Origin: Candidatus Woesebacteria bacterium GW2011_GWB1_33_38
GTDB taxonomy: Bacteria; Patescibacteriota; Microgenomatia; UBA8517
Assembly: GCA_000990005.1 (NCBI GenBank)
Contig: LBPF01000004.1
Span: 1-59,299, forward strand
Length of the DNA: 59,299 nucleotides
Direction of reading: 5' to 3'
The notes under the pieces are model-generated. The model saw only the letters and a program-made list of their open reading frames with translations. It was not told the DNA's origin and did no database searches. The first letter of the stretch is position 1, and each line of letters begins with the position of its first letter. This document shows, piece after piece, positions 54,305 through 59,299 of this stretch. The translations under genes were made by a program, and so were the position numbers.

Positions 54305-54316
54305 TATTATTAATTC

Positions 54317-54646
54317 ATGGGACTACTGCCTGAAAGGGAACCTGCTAAAAATAAGTATGAGAATATTGACGAAGCTTCTACCTTAAACATTGAAAGGAAA
54401 GAGGTAATTACTCCTGTCCCCACTCAATTTAAAGCCAAAGTTACAGATGATAAGGGAAATAAACTTGTTGAGTCCGTGGATGACAAAAGATTTATAATTA
54501 AAATTCCTCAATTTAGTCGTGAACAAATGGAAAAAGACATTAAAGATGGAGATAAAGAAGATAGTAAAATATGGTCAATTGCATATTGGTTAAGATTATT
54601 TAAAAAAGCATTATTTTTTGGTTGGAAGGCGGTGTTTGACAGATGA
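54317..54646 (+). CDS. hypothetical protein coupled to the downstream ATPase
   Basis: ATGA overlap with 54643. Confidence 0.4.
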   Translation: MGLLPEREPAKNKYENIDEASTLNIERKEVITPVPTQFKAKVTDDKGNKLVESVDDKRFIIKIPQFSREQMEKDIKDGDKEDSKIWSIAYWLRLFKKALFFGWKAVFDR

Positions 54647-56970
54647 TTATTCCTGACATAAATACAATAATTGCATTTTTAGTTTTAATCATAATTTTAA
54701 CCCTTTTCTTTATTGTGATTGGCTATGTTTTATTTATAGTTTTTCGTTTCAGGGGTAGAGAAGAAAAATCTGTCGACTCGGTATATTTACAAGTTTCAGT
54801 TCCTAGATTAAATGAAATAAAAACTGATGCCATGGAGCAATTATTTGCATCCCTATATTCAATTAAAAAAGGAGGCTGGAAACAAAAGTTTTCAGTTCAA
54901 CCAATAATTTCTTTTGAAATTGTAGCTCGGGCTGAAGATATCAAATTTTACGTTTGGACCCCTACGAATTATAAAGATTTAATTGAAAAATCAATCCATG
55001 GAGCATATCCTGATGCTGAGATAAAAGAGGTTCAGGAAATAAATATTTTTACAGAAGATGGTAAGGTTTGTTATAAATCTCTGCAACTATCTAAAGCTGA
55101 TTTTTATCCTTTAAAAACATTTAAAGATCTACCAACTGATATTTTAGCCTCTTTAACTTCATCCCTTGCTCGAATGAATAAGGATGAAGCATCAGCAATT
55201 CAAATTTTAATTTCTCCTGCCGAATCGGAATGGCAAAAAATCGGAAGTAAATTTATATCAGAGACTAAAAAACAAGAAAGTAGTAGCGAATCAGCTAAAT
55301 ATTCAGTTTCTTCAAAACAATTAGAAGCAGTTGAAAATAAAATTAGTAAAGCAGGCTTTGAGACTTCAATTAGAATTGTGACAACAGCGCCCACTAAAGA
55401 GGCTGCCAAGGTTCATCTTGATAATATTGCCTCAGCGCTTGGTCAAACAGCAGGGGAATATAATAATTTAGGTAGTAGAAAAATTTACAACAAAGGTGGT
55501 TTCATGCAAGATTTTCTGTATCGTTATCAGCCGATGTTTCATGTGTTTAAAAACCATGTAACTATTTTAAATACAGAAGAATTAGCAACACTCTTTCATT
55601 TTCCAAATCGTCAAATAACAACTCCACACATTCATTGGTTGCATAGTAAAACAGCTCCAGCCCCCGCCGAAATTCCTGAAGATGGATTATATATTGGCAA
55701 AAGTGTTTATAGAGGAGTGGAAAGGAAAATTGCAATTGGAGATGATGATAGACGTCGTCACGTTTACATCATTGGAGCAACTGGAACTGGCAAAACAGAA
55801 TTATTAAAAAGCATGATTATGCAGGATATTAATGAGGGAAAAGGTGTTTGTTTTATGGATCCACATGGTGATGCGGTAGAGGATATATTAAAATTAATTC
55901 CTCCCGAGAGGGCTGAGGATGTAATTTATTTTAGACCTTCAGATACTGATCGCCCAATGGGATTAAATCTAATGGAAGCCTCGACTGAAGATGAAAAACA
56001 TTTTGTGGCTTCATCAATTATCAATATGATGTATAAACTTTTTGACCCCTATAAAACAGGTATTGTTGGACCTCGTTTTGAACATGCTGTTAGAAACGCG
56101 ATGCTTACAATTATGTGTGAGAAAGGTTCAACCTTCGTTGAATTAATGAGGGCTTTAACTGATGCTAGATATGTTCAGGAACTTCTCCCTAAAGTAACTG
56201 ACCCAATTATTAGAAGATATTGGACTGATCAAATTGCACAAACTAGCGATTTTCACAAATCAGAAGTTTTGGATTATATCACTTCCAAATTTGGCCGTTT
56301 TGTTACCAATAAGATGATTAGGAATATCATTGGCCAATCCGTTTCTTCATTCTCCTTTAGAGACGTAATGGATAATGGGAAAATACTACTTATTAATCTG
56401 GCCAAAGGTGAGTTGGGCGAGGAAAACTCAAACTTTTTAGGACTTATATTAGTACCTAGGATATTAATGGCTGCTATGAGTAGATCTGATACCCCAGAGG
56501 AAAAAAGACGCGACTTTTATTTATATGTAGATGAATTCCAAAATTTTGCCACTCCTGACTTTGCTGTAATTTTATCAGAGGCTAGAAAATATAAATTAAA
56601 CCTTACTGTTGCCAATCAATTTATTGGTCAAATGGAGGAAGAGGTTAAAAATGCTGTTTTTGGAAATGTAGGTACAAAAATATCATTTAGGGTTGGTGTA
56701 ACTGACGCTAATTATCTTCAGCATGAATTTACCCCGACCTTTGGTGAAGATGATCTATTAAATGTCGAAAGATTTCATGCCTATGTTAAAACAATAGTCA
56801 AAAATCAACCACAAACTCCATTTTCCCTTGATACGACTATGGATATGGATAAAATTAACGCAATAAAAAATGAGAGAACAGCAGAAATAATTAAAGAAAT
56901 GAGTAGATTAAAACATGGTAGAGATATGAAACTTGTAGAAGCAGAAATCACAAGAAGAGCAAAGCTCTAG
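54643..56970 (+). CDS. membrane-anchored TraD/VirD4-like (coupling-protein-type) P-loop ATPase
   Basis: N-terminal TM helix. Walker A GATGTGKT. Walker B region FYLYVDEFQNF. SEARKYKLNLTVANQ. Confidence 0.65.
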   Translation: MIIPDINTIIAFLVLIIILTLFFIVIGYVLFIVFRFRGREEKSVDSVYLQVSVPRLNEIKTDAMEQLFASLYSIKKGGWKQKFSVQPIISFEIVARAEDIKFYVWTPTNYKDLIEKSIHGAYPDAEIKEVQEINIFTEDGKVCYKSLQLSKADFYPLKTFKDLPTDILASLTSSLARMNKDEASAIQILISPAESEWQKIGSKFISETKKQESSSESAKYSVSSKQLEAVENKISKAGFETSIRIVTTAPTKEAAKVHLDNIASALGQTAGEYNNLGSRKIYNKGGFMQDFLYRYQPMFHVFKNHVTILNTEELATLFHFPNRQITTPHIHWLHSKTAPAPAEIPEDGLYIGKSVYRGVERKIAIGDDDRRRHVYIIGATGTGKTELLKSMIMQDINEGKGVCFMDPHGDAVEDILKLIPPERAEDVIYFRPSDTDRPMGLNLMEASTEDEKHFVASSIINMMYKLFDPYKTGIVGPRFEHAVRNAMLTIMCEKGSTFVELMRALTDARYVQELLPKVTDPIIRRYWTDQIAQTSDFHKSEVLDYITSKFGRFVTNKMIRNIIGQSVSSFSFRDVMDNGKILLINLAKGELGEENSNFLGLILVPRILMAAMSRSDTPEEKRRDFYLYVDEFQNFATPDFAVILSEARKYKLNLTVANQFIGQMEEEVKNAVFGNVGTKISFRVGVTDANYLQHEFTPTFGEDDLLNVERFHAYVKTIVKNQPQTPFSLDTTMDMDKINAIKNERTAEIIKEMSRLKHGRDMKLVEAEITRRAKL

Positions 56971-57060
56971 GCATAAGATATAAAGTAATTAGATATAAAG
57001 TCCGAAAGTGAGTGTTGTTTTCTATCACTTAATATCTTAATATCTTATCACTTAATATCT

Positions 57061-57921
57061 ATGCATAAAGTTGGAATAATTGGTTGGGGATTTGTGGGGG
57101 AGGCAACTGGTACCGGATTTGCAAAAAGTAGACAAAACAAAGTTTTTTGGTTTGATAAATTTAAAAAGTCTCCAAATACTTTTGATGAAGTAATAGAAAA
57201 ATCCGATTACATATTTATTTGTGTTCCCACCCCAATGTTTAGAAATTACTCAGGAATGGATATGAGTATAGTTGAGGGGGTTTTGGATTTAATTGTTCCA
57301 AAAGTTTCAGGAGCGAAGAAAATTGTAATTATTAAATCAACTTCACTTCCAGGGACAACAGCAAAATATGCTAAAAAATACCCTTCAGTTAACTTTGCAA
57401 TGAATCCTGAATTTCTAACACAAAATAAGGCTAAAGAAGACTTTTTAAATCCCGCAAGAACCGTAATAGGGGTCAAGAATAAGGAATTGGGAATTAGGAT
57501 TCAGGAATTATATAAAACCATACTACCCAAAGACCAAAAGTACTTCATTACAGGACTAACTGAGGCAGAAATAATCAAATATATGAGCAATTTAATGCTT
57601 GCCAGTAAAGTACTTCTAGCCAATGAGTTTTATATGCTTGCAGAAGATATAGGAGCGAATTACAAGGAAATATACCCTGCAGTTCAAGCAGATCCAAGAA
57701 TAGGGACACACTTGTCTGTTCCTGGTCCAGATGGTGACCTTGGATTTGGTGGAGCCTGTTTTCCAAAAGATATATTAGGACTACTTTCTTTTGCAACCCA
57801 AAAGAAAATTGATATGAGTGCATTGTCTGGTATTTGGAAGAAAAATTTAAAAATTAGAAAAGTAAAAGACTGGGAACATATGGATAATGCCTTTGGTCGC
57901 GGAGCTTCTTTAAAAAAGTGA
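57061..57921 (+). CDS. UDP-glucose/GDP-mannose dehydrogenase family protein (short form)
   Basis: IGWGFVGEATG Rossmann motif and catalytic GGACFPKD. Confidence 0.7.
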   Translation: MHKVGIIGWGFVGEATGTGFAKSRQNKVFWFDKFKKSPNTFDEVIEKSDYIFICVPTPMFRNYSGMDMSIVEGVLDLIVPKVSGAKKIVIIKSTSLPGTTAKYAKKYPSVNFAMNPEFLTQNKAKEDFLNPARTVIGVKNKELGIRIQELYKTILPKDQKYFITGLTEAEIIKYMSNLMLASKVLLANEFYMLAEDIGANYKEIYPAVQADPRIGTHLSVPGPDGDLGFGGACFPKDILGLLSFATQKKIDMSALSGIWKKNLKIRKVKDWEHMDNAFGRGASLKK

Positions 57922-57986
57922 ATAGTTAATGAGATTCAGCTTCGCTATAGATACAAAGTGATTAGATTGCTATAATATGCCTCATT

Positions 57987-58029
57987 GGGCCTGTCGTTCA
58001 ACGGTTAGGATGGATTTCTTATGACAAAT
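57987..58029 (+). repeat. 5' half (about 43 nt) of a diverged tRNA-Ile(UAU)-like gene
   Basis: GGGCCTGTCGTTCAACGGTTAGGATGG...CTTATGA aligns with the first 43 nt of the adjacent intact tRNA. A TATAAT box sits at 57971-57976. Confidence 0.6.
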
Positions 58030-58100
58030 GGGTGTGTCGTTCATCGGTAGGACGGTACTCTTATAAAGTATCAAGGATGGTTCGACTCCATCCACACCCA
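58030..58100 (+). tRNA. tRNA-Ile(UAU)
   Basis: GGGTGTG acceptor, D stem GTTC/GGAC, anticodon stem GTACT/AGTAT, loop CTTATAA, T-arm GATGGTTCGACTCCATC. Confidence 0.75.
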
Positions 58101-59198
58101 CAGAAATGGATTTTCCGGCGAGTCGGGAATGGCGCTCGCCGCGCCCGCCCCCGTGGCGAGCGCTGCAAAGCCCAGTTTATATACGCAAAAAAGCCGCCGA
58201 TTAGAAACAAGGTAGTCCGAGCCGACTTTTTTGGCGAAGAATGATAATTCTTCGCCATTATGTTTCGCGCGCGCGATTTTGGCCGCATCAGCGGCCACTT
58301 CTACAAATTCCCTCATTAGTCCGAGCCATTCACTTCCGTTTTTGGAAACACTTGCCATTTTCTCCTTCAATCTGATTTTTAGTTCCATTAATTCGTTTTT
58401 CTTTTGTTGATAGACTTGGGGATCAACTATCTGGTCGAGATAGCCTTCAAGTAACCGATCAAGTTTTTTGTCTATTTCTTGAACTTCGGAAGAAAATTTT
58501 GTAACTTGATTTTCACTATTTGTTTTTTCTTCCGTTTCCTCTTTATCAAGTCTTTCTATCCACAGTTTAGTCCACGAAGTGGGCAGGCTGGCTTTTTCAA
58601 CAATTGCTCGCAATTGTTGCTCTAAAAGTTCTTCCCGCAGATAATTTTGTGAACAATCGGTTTTCTTTTTGGTACAGCGATAGTAGATGTAATCCACATT
58701 TCCCCTCGTTGTTGGATAGCATTTGTGTTTGACTTCGGCGGTGATGGCACAGCCACATTTAGCGCACTTGGCCAATCCCAGAAAAGCAAAGTTGTGCTTT
58801 TTGTTTTTAGGATGTTCTCTTGCCTCGAGAATTTTCTGAATTTTTCCAAACAACTCTGGGGGAATAAACAGTTTATGAGTCCCTTCGTAGGTTTCACCTC
58901 CGAAGTTGATTATGCCAACGTAAAACTTGTTGCTTATAATCCTCTTTACCGTATCAAGGTGAAGCATTTTACCGTTGTATCTGGTAATGCCAAACTTTTG
59001 AAAAAATCGAGAAATGTTAGCAATAGAGCTTTCGCCTTCGGCGAAAAGCTCAAATGCTTTTTTGACGATTTTTGATTTTACCGGATCAATTTCGATTGTT
59101 CGTAATCTCGGCTCGTTGAAATATCCGTACGGCGCTTTATTAGGTAAAATTCCTTTTCGCAGTTTTTGCCGATTGCCTCGTTTTACATTTTCGGACAA
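58071..59198 (-). pseudogene. 5'-truncated large serine recombinase (lacks catalytic domain)
   Basis: Homologous to residues ~134-end of 7832..9361 (LSENVKRGNRQKL..., CAKCGCAITAE, YYRCTKK). An in-frame TAA lies just upstream of the homology. The 3' end runs antisense into tRNA-Ile. Confidence 0.7.
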
Positions 59199-59299
59199 AT
59201 TCAGGACTTACGCATTTTGACAAACTATAAGTTGGTGGTTTAAACTTTGTGGTAAGAATGGTGGTGATATAAAAAGTGGGGATAAAATGCAATAAAGAG

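Noticed and set aside
58032-58288. Track ORFs 58032..58244 (+) and 58061..58288 (-).
   Set aside because: They are alternative frames over tRNA-Ile and the GC-rich recombinase arm. They are open only because of the local GC richness.
7832-59198. The two serine recombinase genes might delimit one about 50-kb prophage or genomic island.
   Set aside because: The interval holds dnaG, rpoD, both PBP1A genes, the glycolysis/PPP genes and nrdJ. That is core chromosome. The junction analysis instead gives a 3-kb element at the first recombinase.

Overview
AT-rich, very gene-dense bacterial window. By inference it comes from a reduced Patescibacteria/CPR-type genome: archaeal-type TIM, class I aldolase, split transketolase, free-standing LAGLIDADG genes, an intron-containing tRNA, and many consensus promoters placed so close to the ATG that the mRNAs look leaderless. 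TGA is a normal stop here (code 11).

Core content: SpoIID, smpB plus tmRNA, comF, dnaG-rpoD, two PBP1A paralogs, an intein-containing class II RNR (nrdJ) with a PduO-type adenosyltransferase, and a central-carbon cluster (tpiA, rpiB, pgk, gap, split tkt, fba, pfkB). Seven tRNAs are present, including all four tRNA-Ser isoacceptors.

Accessory or unusual content:
1. A 3.04-kb element (large serine recombinase plus radical-SAM gene) sits exactly between the 3' end of tRNA-Ser(GGA) and the ATG of an EEP-nuclease gene. Its junctions share a CCGC core. It has nested 100-bp, 75-bp and 29-bp inverted repeats, and an internal inverted copy of the joined ends.
2. A decayed second copy of the same architecture lies at tRNA-Ile(UAU).
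3. A 188-nt Azoarcus-like group I intron interrupts the anticodon loop of tRNA-Asn, with a LAGLIDADG/HTH gene alongside.
4. Five loci carry a stereotyped TTGACA-(CA)n-TAnAAT promoter that drives leaderless small ORFs. One copy has an over-long (GT) tract, giving a 20-nt spacer, which makes it a phase-variation candidate.
5. About eight type II toxin-antitoxin modules are wedged between housekeeping genes.
6. There is a frameshift inside the nrdJ intein.
7. smpB reads into an atypical tmRNA 5' end.

No CRISPR array and no rRNA genes were seen.
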